From the NCBI GenBank assembly GCA_951406725.2, contig OX597814.1, forward strand, positions 178,188,001-178,252,000: a DNA stretch of 64,000 nt, written 5' to 3'. The notes beneath the pieces were generated by a model. It was not told the origin of the DNA and did not search any database. It saw nothing but the letters and a program-made list of their open reading frames with translations. The DNA comes from Octopus vulgaris. Its lineage: Eukaryota. Shown piece by piece: positions 52,822 through 64,000 of this stretch; the stretch's first letter is position 1, and each line of letters starts with the position of its first letter. The translations under genes and the position numbers were made by a program.

Positions 52822-53178
52822 TTTAATAGGCTTGGCACTCCATCGTTAACGACGACGAGGGTTCAAGTAGATCAGATCAACGGAACAGCCTGCTCGTGAA
52901 ATTAACGTGCAAGTGGCTGAGCTCTCCATAGATACATGTATCCTTAACTTACTTCTTGGGGGAGATTCAGCATGACACAGAGTGTGACAAGGCTGGCCCT
53001 TTAAAATACATGTACAACAGAAACAGGAACAGTAAAGCAGAGTTCGCCACCACCCCCTGAGGGAGCCTCGTGGAGCTATAGGTGTTTTCGATCAATAAAT
53101 ACTCCCGATTTGGGAATCGAAACCGCGATCCTACGACAGCGAGACCGTTGCCCTAATCACGGGACCATTGCGCTTCCA
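52822..53178 (-). mobile_element. tRNA-derived SINE (third family)
   Basis: Head ggaagcgcaatggtcccgtgattagggc...gcggtttcgattccc; shares the gagcgaaaacacctaagctcc-like segment with 60619-60900. Confidence 0.8.
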
Positions 53179-54060
53179 TTTCCTTTTAAATGTAAATATA
53201 TAACGTGATAAATCTGGAGATAGACAACTGTATAGAACATAGAAAATGCATAGAAAAGGGTATTTCAATCCGATAATACATTACATTAAATAAACTATAT
53301 TGCATGTATTGTTAAATGTTTGTGCCACTGTAGGTTTGAATTTATTCAAAGCAGGAATCTAAACATGAATCGTGAGAGCTTTACGTCCTCTCAATAGACA
53401 CAAAATTTTGTGTAATCTTCGCTGAAATATAGATTGTTTAATTACATAATTATATCATTAATACCACTTAATAAGTAATTTGCCGCGATAAACATAATTT
53501 GTTTCCAAACATAGAATTAAGATCTCAAAGTTAGTGTAGGAAAACGACCATTTTTGAAAAAAATATTCATTTGTGGTAAATTTTACTGAAATCTTATGAC
53601 AACGCATTATTGGCCTTGCTTGGATTTGAAATAAAAATAAGCTGAGACGGTACAAATACAGCAACGTATATTTTGCAGCGGTCAAAGCTTTCTTTTTATA
53701 TATAGTCCTCTATAAGCTTTAAGGCCTATTCTCGTTCGGTTTCGCTGTAAGTCTCCACTGTTATTTCTTTGTTCCCAACTTTGACCCTTCATAAATCCTA
53801 ATTCTTATTTTAGAATTGATAGGACCTACTGTCTTTAAAGACACATATTGTCGTTTGAATGTTCGAAGTGAGAAGTAGATAGACAGCCGACAACTGATGA
53901 AGGGTATTTTTCTTTGTTAAATTATCCTGTGTTCCATTTTTTCTCGTTATTTACGTATTTCAATCGTTTTTGTCCTGTAATTACTGTCCACATCGTGTAA
54001 CTATCGTGTGCTATGTTATTTGCACAGTAGGTGACGTCCTGTACCCATATATGCATGTAC

Positions 54061-54103
<43 letters not shown>

Positions 54104-54209
54104 TATACATATATATATATACAGAGAGAGAGAGAGAGAGAGGTAATTTATTTATTTAATAGAACGCGACGCATCAAATCCCAAGTAAATATATATATAT
54201 ATAGATGAG

Positions 54210-54500
54210 AGAATGCATGGTTAGGGTGCTGCCCTCACGATCGCGAGGTGGCAGTCTCAATTCCTAAAGAGGGTGGTGCGTTGCATTCTTGAGCAAAACA
54301 CTTAATCTCACGTTGTTCTGTGATCACTTCGACACTTGACGCGCAGTACACCGAGCACTTGCTGAAACAACGTCAATTTGATGGAGAGAATGATCAGATG
54401 TACTGCACGAACGTTTGATCACAAATTAAAAAAAATCATTTGTGCAGATCTTTCAGCAAACGCTGAAAGTTCATACGTCGTCTTCGGCGGGAGAGTTCAT
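54210..54500 (+). mobile_element. Diverged CORE-type SINE
   Basis: tggttagggtgctgccctcacgatcgcgagg...ttcttgagcaaaacacttaatctcac. Confidence 0.7.
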
Positions 54501-55809
54501 CTCATATATAAATGTCTGTGCTTGTGCGTCTTTGTAAGAATGTGTGTGCATGAGCAGAATTTATATATGCAAATGAAGAACGGTCTAACTATAGTATAAG
54601 CAAAAGTGCCGATTGATAAGTGGTGGTCAATGGTATCGAATAACTCCCTCTTTACAATTGTTGAACTTGTGCCTTAATCAGACACAATTATGTTTGTACA
54701 ATTTTAATTGTATATCATGAAAACTGTCAAGAAACCCTACTGGTATGATTTACCTGCTGGGCAAAACTTATAAGTAACTGTCAATTTATATTATGTTTAT
54801 TTATCTCTATATTTTGCATCAGGTTCTAAATCAAATATTCTTTAACCAGTACCTAACGTACCTAAGTATATTTTAAACAGCTGCATTGATCGACCGATAA
54901 ATATGTAGGTATGCATGTACGTATGTATGTATGGATGTACGTACGTAAGTATGTGTGTGTATATATATATATATATATATCTATATATATATACATACAT
55001 ACATACATTTATAAAGAAGCATTGGTTTTTTCAAGATGTATGTGAATTTGACCTGTGTAAGTCTGTTTTCTTATCAACTTTGGACGTATTTGTTTGAGGG
55101 AAGTAAAATACTTTTTTCAAGTATTTTTCAAATATTTAATTTTTTTTTTAAACTTAAAAAATATTTTAATCATCTGAAAAACCTTTTTTAGTCGGTGGAC
55201 ATTTATTTTGTTTTATTTTTACCTTTGCTTATTTTATATTTGTCTATTAGGTTTCTTGGTAGTTTTTGAATTTTTAGCCGTTTATATTTAACTTTTTGTT
55301 AGGCCATACTATTTGTATTTTTTCGATTATATATTTTTATGTGTTTGGGAACCATGGTGATTTTTATATATGCTTAAATGTCTGAGGAGTGGTGTTGTAT
55401 ATAAAGTAGTTGACCTAAATTTAATGTTTGTTCTATAACCAATGCTTCTTCATCTTCATCTCATTTATATGTGAGCAATTCTTTTGCAGTCCTATGAACC
55501 CTTTTGTTTCTATAAAAAGAGAGAAATATTATTTTTTCTTGTTCTATACATACACATATATATACATGTATACATACATACATATACAATATATATATAC
55601 AACACACACACTCACACACACATATATAAAATTAAGGAAAGGAGAAAACAAATTGAAGGGCTGATGAATATATTCATTCAATCGATATTAACGAAGTTCT
55701 CCATGGTAGACAAAGTGCATACATAAATGAATTCATCTATATGATATATAAAAAAAATTAAGAATTTATAAATACATATACATGAAATTTTATAAATATA
55801 TAAAAATTC

Positions 55810-55958
55810 ATTGGGCAAGTGTCTTCTGCACCTTGGGCAAGTAACTTCTGCACCTTGGGAAAGTGTCTTCTACTATAGCCTAGAGCCGACGAAAGCCTTG
55901 AGAGTGAATTTGGTAGACGGAAACTGAAAAAAAGCCCATCGTATATATGTATATGTAC

Positions 55959-56002
<44 letters not shown>

Positions 56003-56202
56003 GTGTATATATGTTTGTGCGTCGCTTGACAACTGATGCTGGTGTGTTTATGTCCCCGTAACTTAGCGGTTCGGCAAAAGAGACCGATAGAATAAGTACT
56101 AGGCTTACAAAGAATACGTCTTGGGGTCGATTTGGTCGACTAAAGGTGGTGCACTAGCATGGCCACAGTCATATGAATGAAACAAGTAAAAGAGTAAAAG
56201 AG
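55810..56202 (+). mobile_element. Head-less CORE-type SINE with a triplicated 22-bp segment
   Basis: (cacc)ttgggcaagtgtcttctg occurs three times, then a normal body and (gtaaaaga)n tail. Confidence 0.88.
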
Positions 56203-56889
56203 AATATGAAAATTTAGAAACGCAAAAAAATTGTTAAATGTAGATATATAAAAAAAGTGTAAGTCCATAAATGTACTTGTGAAGTCCGAATGGAAAAGCT
56301 GATGACGCGGATGTAAATTGATTCATAAGGAGTCTGGAACGTGTATAAATTCTTATGCTCGTTTCGAAAAGATATAGGTTGCTATAGGCGAGCTAAATTA
56401 ATCATAGCAATATTCTATATTTCTCTCATCAGAGTTAATAGAATCACAAGTTTAAAATTTTAAAAGAAATGGTGGGTTAATTAATTAAAAAAATCGAATG
56501 TTTGATCGGACCATTCTCTTCGGGCATATCTTTGTCACATGTTTCTTCATTGTTATATATATATATATATATATAATTTATTTTGTTCCACAAAAGAGAG
56601 CATAGGATTGGTTAAAATTAAACTACGTTAAACAAACGATTTACAAATTTATCAAAAAAGCCAAGTGAAAATAATGTTTTCTTTTGACACATTCTACCAG
56701 TATACGAAGTTTCAAATTGTTTAGTTAACTAGAAATTGTGTTGAATTCTGTCTACCAAAAGGAAAAGATCCCATAACCCTTTATACGTTTCCCGCTACGT
56801 TCGTGCATAAGTGTCACGAGATACCATATTTTGCGCCTACAAAGAGAGCCAACACGGTTGAGTGAATATGTTTAGTTATAATGAAGGCA

Positions 56890-57080
56890 CTCCAAATTTA
56901 ATCTAACCAGTACTTCTATGGTCTCCCAAAAATTCAGACTGTCAAGAATGCATGTAAAGAACTAAAGTTGCATAAACATACAATATACCACCGACCTTAA
57001 ATTCAGACCAATCGTAGCAGGCCTGATCTGTGAAACATATCGACAGTTTGGATATATTACTGAAACCTACTTTAAAATAG
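56890..57080 (+). mobile_element. Penelope-like RT N-terminal fragment
   Basis: FYGLPKIQ...DLKFRPIVAGLICETYR...LDILLKP across frameshifts. Confidence 0.72.
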
Positions 57081-57198
57081 AACCAAGTTTTGGGTGGGAC
57101 GACCTGGGTATTTTTTCTATTCCAGGCTATTTCGCATGCTTCCAACGAATGTGACATCGAAATCGCGCGTAAACAGCTCGTTTCCCCAGAAAAGAAAA

Positions 57199-57311
57199 AT
57201 TTGGCTGCTATTTCTTGCACGCTCTGCTACCACGTAGCAGGTGTTTCTAGTTTTTTTTATCGTAAATAGATGTTAAGTGGTAGAAGGGCGGGCTAGAAAC
57301 AGCAGCCAAAT
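57199..57311. repeat. Small fold-back element (atttggctgctatttct...agaaacagcagccaaat)
   Basis: Imperfect inverted arms of about 38 bp; the same motif recurs at about 24452, 39113 and 40135. Confidence 0.6.
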
Positions 57312-57713
57312 CTTTGGAGCTAAGATACGTTGAATGCACTTGAAAAAATATTTGTAATGGTGTTCCTTTGAGACGATCTGTCGCTTTGACTCTCAGAACT
57401 GTCATCCAGATCAGCTGGTTTTGTTCATTAATTTCTGTAAATTTGTTTAATTATTTACTTTTCATTTAAAGTGAGAGGAGAAAGTGAAAGATGTATGAAC
57501 GTGTATATTGAAATGGACGCGTGTGTGTGTGCGAGAGAGAGAGAGTGAGAGAGAGAGAGGCAGACAGATAGAGACAGTGCCACTTACACATACATGAGAA
57601 CACTCGTTCACCTACTCTCTCACTGTCTCTCTCTCTCTCTCACACATGCACAGGTACATAAAAAAGATGTACGCATATATATTGGTGTATATACTGATAC
57701 ATGACAACACACC

Positions 57714-57752
<39 letters not shown>

Positions 57753-58897
57753 GAGAATCAAAGTGATAGATCGCCATTCACTTGAAAATAAATTTAAAAA
57801 TTACATCAAATCGTTGTCTGATTAAAGAAAACTAAAATATAAATGCTTACTGTACAAACAACTTCCATTTTTGAGATCACATTTACTTAAAAATATTTCT
57901 AACTGATAAAAATATTGCATACGTCTTTTTGCTTGGAGAGGTCGAAGACTATGTGAGTGTATGTGTCATGGATAGCGGATGTGTGTTTGTGTTGACTGAT
58001 ACGCTATGTCACTCATTATTTCTGTGTGTGTTCTGTTTATGTGTATGCGTGCTGACGTCACGGATGCCATGTTTTTTGTTGTCACGAAATAACGAACAAA
58101 TATTGTGTTTAATCGTTTTCATTAATAAATAGAGTTCTAAATATCACAAAGATTTGTACTGCACTGCCAAAGCTAAGTATGAGAATAAATATACAAAAAC
58201 ATGTTGAGATAATATATATTATTTCTGAGATATTACGGGGACGCACAAACATCTCCAGAGTTTTAGTATTATTAAGATCTGCCGTAGTGAGTGGTATATG
58301 TAGTAACAAGTTGATGGTAAATATTTACGTTGTGGATTGATGATGAAAAAGGCTATCATATGCTAGAATATATGTCCCGTACTGCAAACATCTGTAATCG
58401 AGCAATACCATCACCAGCACACCAGTACCATATGTACCGGAGCAAGCAAAAATACAGCATCACAAACAGCAAATGAATATCCACTAGATCGTCACTTCCA
58501 TCATTTACCATCTTCATTCTACATTTTCTCAATTTAGTTTTTTGGCTAATATGTCTGTCTCTTTTGTCTCGCTATTTTTCGCTTCTCTCTCTCACTCTTA
58601 ATTGACTGGTAATTTCATCTTCGTCTTTTTCTCTGTTTGACTTAATCAATCTCTCTCTTACTCTCTCTCTCTTTCTCACTGTATTTTCAAATCAGCATAA
58701 TGACAGCCATAACATACTTGTGTTATTTTCCCTCATCATCACACAGAATCTAGTTGGGTTGATAGGATAGTACCATTGTATTAATACATAGATATTACGT
58801 GTTTATCTAAATCTTAATACAGAAACACACACAATTATACACCTACACCCACACACATATACGCATGTACATATATGCATACATACATTCACATATG

Positions 58898-58958
<61 letters not shown>

Positions 58959-60618
58959 AGGTATACATTTTATGAAAATGGCATTTTATTGATGAGCAGA
59001 ACATTAACATCATTATTTTTCACAGATATGCTACACTTCTATCAATGAGGCTTTAAGTGGCTGACATTTTAATCTAATTAAAAATTTACTATTAACCTTA
59101 TAGTTTTGCTTCCAAAATGCATTTGTATAAACGTCGATTCACGCGTAGATCCAGAATGAGCATACAGACACAAAGACTGGAAATGGAGCAGCAATAACAT
59201 GCTACTTAGAATTATCTAGCGGTTTACACTCGAGTCTTGCATTTTATATAGCCATCTCAAATGTCATACTTTTATTATCGTTATTCAGAAAATATTCACT
59301 GATGTCGTTAGCGTTATTAATATATGAAAAATGTAATCATACTTAGAATTATATATTTTTTCTCAATTGGCCTTGAAATTACTATTGGTCATGAATTTAG
59401 CATTTAAATCGCCATCAGTATTTTCCTACTCAATTTGTATTCGCAGACAAACTGAATAAACGTATTCGACTAAGGTTTGTAAATTATGTATTTAAAACGT
59501 ATGAAAACGCAACACATGTCGCTAATCTGTGACCCTTGAATATACGATATCCTTTCACGGTCAAAGCACTCCGCTGAAGATGCATAGTTTTAGAAAGGAC
59601 AAGGTTGAATTTCCTTCGACAATCTACCGGGGTCGATGTAATTGACTCATACACTCACCTCCCCACCTAGCTGCCCTTATGGCAGAATTGGAAAGCATTA
59701 TTGTTCTGTACAACATAAGCAGCACACCAGCATACTGTTCAACTGCTCACACGATTTATTCATTACTTTGTCTAGCATGTGGCTAGTGTTGGTGACATAC
59801 AATAGGTGCCTTCATATAGATTTTCATTGTATATTCTTCCCTATTGCAACACTGAATTTTATTCTGATTAAGTATTAAACATACTGAACTCATTTTTATT
59901 TCTCCAAAGTATGCATACTTTCATAAGTTCATAATTTAGCCGTGTCAAAAATATCGAAAATTTATATCATTAGAATTCTTAGGTTTTTTTTTTTTTTTGC
60001 TGATTTCCTGCCCCACGTATTTCTTTTTAAGAAAACATTTATGACTTATTTCGTCTTTGGATTTGGTTTGCAAGATTCTTTATACGAGTTCTGTTGTGTC
60101 TGGGGAGAGTCATTTTCTTTTTGTGCCTTATAATGTAACACACTCACCGGTAAAATTACCACTTATTTCTTATTTTTATTTTCCTAAAATTTTCGTTGCG
60201 TCTGGCAACATTTTTAATAGTCTTGACTCTGTATATAACTACGTAATATACATTCAAAAACTAGACATTCATACAATTGTCTATCATGAATATTATTTTC
60301 AATATAAAATATTGGATCGATTGATAAGCCAAAACAATTTAATTATATCGATTTCATTGGTGACATAGGAACATGGCCAAACGTCTACACAAATAAATAT
60401 TGATTTCTACGTTGGGCTAAATGTCATGCATTTGTGGGGAGAATATAATCATTCGAATTGGACTATTATGTATTGGAACTTTAATTTGTTTGCTCCGGAA
60501 GGATGAAAAGTGATGTCAGCAAGATTTAAATAACAACGTCAAGGATCAAGGGAATATAAATTATATTGCTTATAATTGTATAATTATATTGAATACAATG
60601 TTTTGTGATATAGTGACA

Positions 60619-60900
60619 GTGGAGGCACATGGCCTAGTGGTTAGAGGAGCGGACTCGCGGTCGAGGGATCGCGGGTTCGAATCTCAGACCGGACGATTTG
60701 TTTTTTTATGAGCGAAAATACCTAAGCTCCATGAGTAATGGTGAAACTTCTTATGACTCTTTCGCCACAACATTCTCCTGCATCTCGCAGCTCACCTGCG
60801 ATGGACCGGCGTCCCGTCCAGGTAGGGAACCTATACGGCAAGAAACCAGGAAACCGGCCCTTATGAGCCAGGCATGGCTCGAGAAGGAACAAACAACAAA
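60619..60900 (+). mobile_element. tRNA-derived SINE
   Basis: gtggaggcacatggcctagtggttagag...gggttcgaatctc (A and B boxes), body and (caa)n tail. Confidence 0.85.
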
Positions 60901-61561
60901 AAAATATAGCGACAGGGATTTTGTGGCTATCGCTCTTTCATCATAGGTGATACTCGGAAAAGAATATACAGGAGAGATTTATAGAGGTAATTAAAAACAG
61001 ACAAAGGAACAAAACAGAAATATAAACAAAATGAAGCAAACACTTAGTGAGAGAGATGTCGGAGAGGAACAGAAAGAGGAAGCAAGAAGTACACCAGGAG
61101 AGATGTTGAATGAAACTTTAGCATTTTAATTCTTCTATTCAGAAGTAAGTTACGAACCGGTTTTAATAATTAATCCGCAATAAATAAAGAAACCTGAAAA
61201 TGTCAAATTAACGTTGTGCATAAATAATTGAGATAGACAGTAGCACTTGAATAGCAATGTTAGTTTGTTGACCTAAAGAAAATAACAATGTTCGTCGATA
61301 TACACACTTCACTTTACAAGACGTAATATCTATATGTAACTATCACATTAGAAAAACATTTGCAAATTACGTGTGTATATAAGTGTGTATGTATGCATGT
61401 ATGTAAGAGTATGTGTGCGGATATATATATATATATATATATAAATGTATACATATACACACACACGTATACATATGTACATATAGGTATGAGTATATCT
61501 GTATCTATGTCTATATCTATCTATGTGTGTATAAATGTGCGTGTGTGAGTGTGCCTGTATG

Positions 61562-61602
<41 letters not shown>

Positions 61603-61687
61603 ACGCAGAGTGACGGATACATACCTATATACGTTCAATTATACATATTTATAAGCATTCATGTATGTTTTTTTCAGCCACACACAC

Positions 61688-61719
<32 letters not shown>

Positions 61720-62112
61720 CGAGAGAATGAGCGAGAGAGAGACAGAGAGAAAGAGAGAGACAGAGAGAAAGAGAGAGACAGAGAGAGATCTACGTATATT
61801 CTCAGTTGCTAAACAGACACCCGTGAGACCTAACATCGTAGAAAGATTAAACAGATGTTCACAATTCTGACTCCGCATATTTATTTATTTATGTACCATA
61901 TTCCCACTCACCGATTATTGACAGGCCATCAACCTTGCACAATTATGGGTAATTAGTCTGCTGCTACCACCTCTCAATTTGAAGGAAGAGGAAGTAAAGA
62001 AATTTTGTTTCAATACTCATGCCAGACTGCCGAATATGCCTCGTCATTGGGGCTTCTTCACAGCTCGAAGTAATGTGAATAAATTTTGATTATATATATA
62101 TATATATATATA

Positions 62113-62320
62113 CGAGGGGTACTGAAAAGATTTTGGCTTCGGATAAAAGAAATTACAGGAGGATCAGTTAATTATGATTTTATTAACATATTACCCTTAC
62201 AGAGTTGCACACTTATTGCAACAATCCTTCAAATTTCTTCGTAGCTCATTCAAGCAAGCTGGGCTCTAACCATGCCTTTCACGATACCCTTAAAGCCAGG
62301 AACTTTTCAGCACCCTCTTG
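62113..62320. mobile_element. Mariner-derived MITE (sister of 5678-5899)
   Basis: TIRs cgaggggtactgaaaaga.tttggctt / aagccaggaacttttcagcaccctcttg. Confidence 0.82.
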
Positions 62321-62659
62321 TGCATATATATGTGTGTGCGTGTGTGTGTGTATATGTATACATATATCCTAGCAGCTGTCTGCCGGTGGGTAGTACTATG
62401 CTGGTGAACATTCTTTAGAGCCTTATATGACCTAGGAGAGCCGTATGCTCCCCTGCCGCCGTTCAGTTTATCAATGGAAATTCAGCTACTGCTACCGTGA
62501 CATGACTTCGTTAGAATGGTTTCTTGTTGCCCAATACAATCAGGTGGTATTTGAACTCAAAACGGAGAAAGCCAGAAGTTACACCGAAGAGCATCGCTGC
62601 CGACGCGCCAACGTTTATGCCACCTTCTAGCCACTGAACAATGAAGTATTTTGTATAGG

Positions 62660-62740
62660 AATACAACGCGTCGCCTAGTGCGGGAATCGAACCCACAATC
62701 AATCAATCGTGAGTAGAATATCCTAACCACTAGGCCACGC
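62660..62740 (-). mobile_element. SINE tRNA-like head fragment
   Basis: Reverse complement ggggcgtggcctagtggttaggat...gggttcgattcccgc. Confidence 0.7.
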
Positions 62741-63695
62741 CCCTTTACATTCACGTGCACACACACACATATACAACTATATTTATATATATTCATATAT
62801 ATAGGTGTGGATTGGACACAAGCAAACGGAGAACAGATGTGGATGCATTAGTCAGTCGATGGGAAATATTATATAATGATGGGTCATAAGTACAGGCAGT
62901 GAAGAGGCAATGTATCTGGTCAAGGAAATGGTGGAGAGAGCAAAGAGACAGGGGAACGACTTGGTCAAATGGAAGAGGGGAGTGAGAACGTAGATTTGCT
63001 AAAGATGAGAGAGTAAGTGTAAGTTATCCTCTATCGTCACAACAGCTATTAAACGATGACTATATTGCTAAATAATGAGAGGTATGGGAAGGTGATCGAA
63101 TGCAAAGGAACCTTATCAGTTATTTCAGACGGTCAAACAAAGAAACAAAAACGAACCCTATCAAAGTGTAGAGACAACCGTTGACGTGCGTGGAAATCGT
63201 GACAACTATCACATATTTACGAGGAGGAATAGGCGAACAAGTGACGGGTGGAATGGAAGAGATATCTCTCAGAGAGAGAGAGAGAGAGAGAGAGAGCATT
63301 AAGTGTAACATGAATGAATATTGAGTTTGATAGGTGAGTGTGATCGGAGTGATGTAACCATACTTATCTGTGTATATGTGCATATGACTATATCTCCATC
63401 AAATATTACATATGTATACACACACACACACACATATATATATATGACCATCCACTGACCATTCAAAATACTACTATCATGGTACTCCCAAATTCTTCTC
63501 CTTCTTCCCCTTTGCCTCCTCCTTCTTTTTCTTCTTCCTTACCAAGAATTCACAACGACCGCGAACCCACAAGAGTAAACAAGAGAGACAGAGACAGGCA
63601 GAAACACGGGAAATGCCACTTGTATTTGAACACTATACAAATACTTAAAAAAAAAAACGTTTCTTTTAATTTTTCTAAATGTAATTATTTAATTG

Positions 63696-63782
63696 TTACA
63701 GTTGAAAAATCTCAATGACTGAAACCGGTACTGAAATGTTGTTTATAAAATTATTTTAGCATTTTCTATCTTGATTTTTTTC

Positions 63783-63785
<3 letters not shown>
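63696..63785 (+). mobile_element. Penelope-like terminal fragment with a decayed hammerhead
   Basis: cag-ttgaaaa-atc..gact-gaa-accggt-a-ctg: palindromic ACCGGU stem III and cag/ctg stem I; ends at (TA)n. Confidence 0.55.
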
Positions 63786-63847
<62 letters not shown>

Positions 63848-64000
63848 TTTATATAAGCGCTTAAAGCGCAAACATACTACACATATGATATATGTGCGTG
63901 TATATATATATGCATGCATGAACTCATAAGTATGTATGCAGGCATGTGCGCATATATATATGCATGCGTGCATATATGTACACATGCGCGCATATATGTA

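Noticed and set aside
53885-53930. ctgatgaaggg hammerhead-like core
   Set aside because: No downstream GAAA/stem III in register.
60619-60695. tRNA gene candidates (also 1-81, 25380-25468, 53100-53178, 62660-62740)
   Set aside because: They continue into SINE bodies and lack a proper acceptor stem and terminator, so they are SINE heads.

Overview
This is AT-rich eukaryotic, repeat-dense DNA with no bacterial-type genes, rRNA, intact tRNA or CRISPR. The tRNA-derived SINE families, (TA)n/(CA)n/(GA)n density and LINE types suggest a cephalopod, probably Octopus (inference from recalled repeat families; no search was run). Almost all ORFs in the supplied track are microsatellite or SINE artefacts. 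Supported content: (1) one well-preserved, 5'-truncated Penelope-like element (RT thumb, Cys linker, GIY-YIG) plus several Penelope terminal fragments carrying hammerhead-ribozyme motifs, some with non-canonical cores; (2) a 132-bp near-perfect palindrome with back-to-back hammerheads; (3) decayed L1/Tx1, R4/Dong-type, RTE and CR1-like LINEs, mariner/pogo MITEs and Helitrons; (4) about 25 SINE copies, one family of which forms head-less tandem arrays with a fixed junction. The only host-gene candidates are on the minus strand: an exon starting at 2246 with a 14-aa uORF and a 135-aa ORF ending hydrophobic-segment...RGPPP, a 79-nt exon at 49583-49661 and a possible recursive splice site at 27757. 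Together they suggest that most of the window is a long 5'-leader intron.
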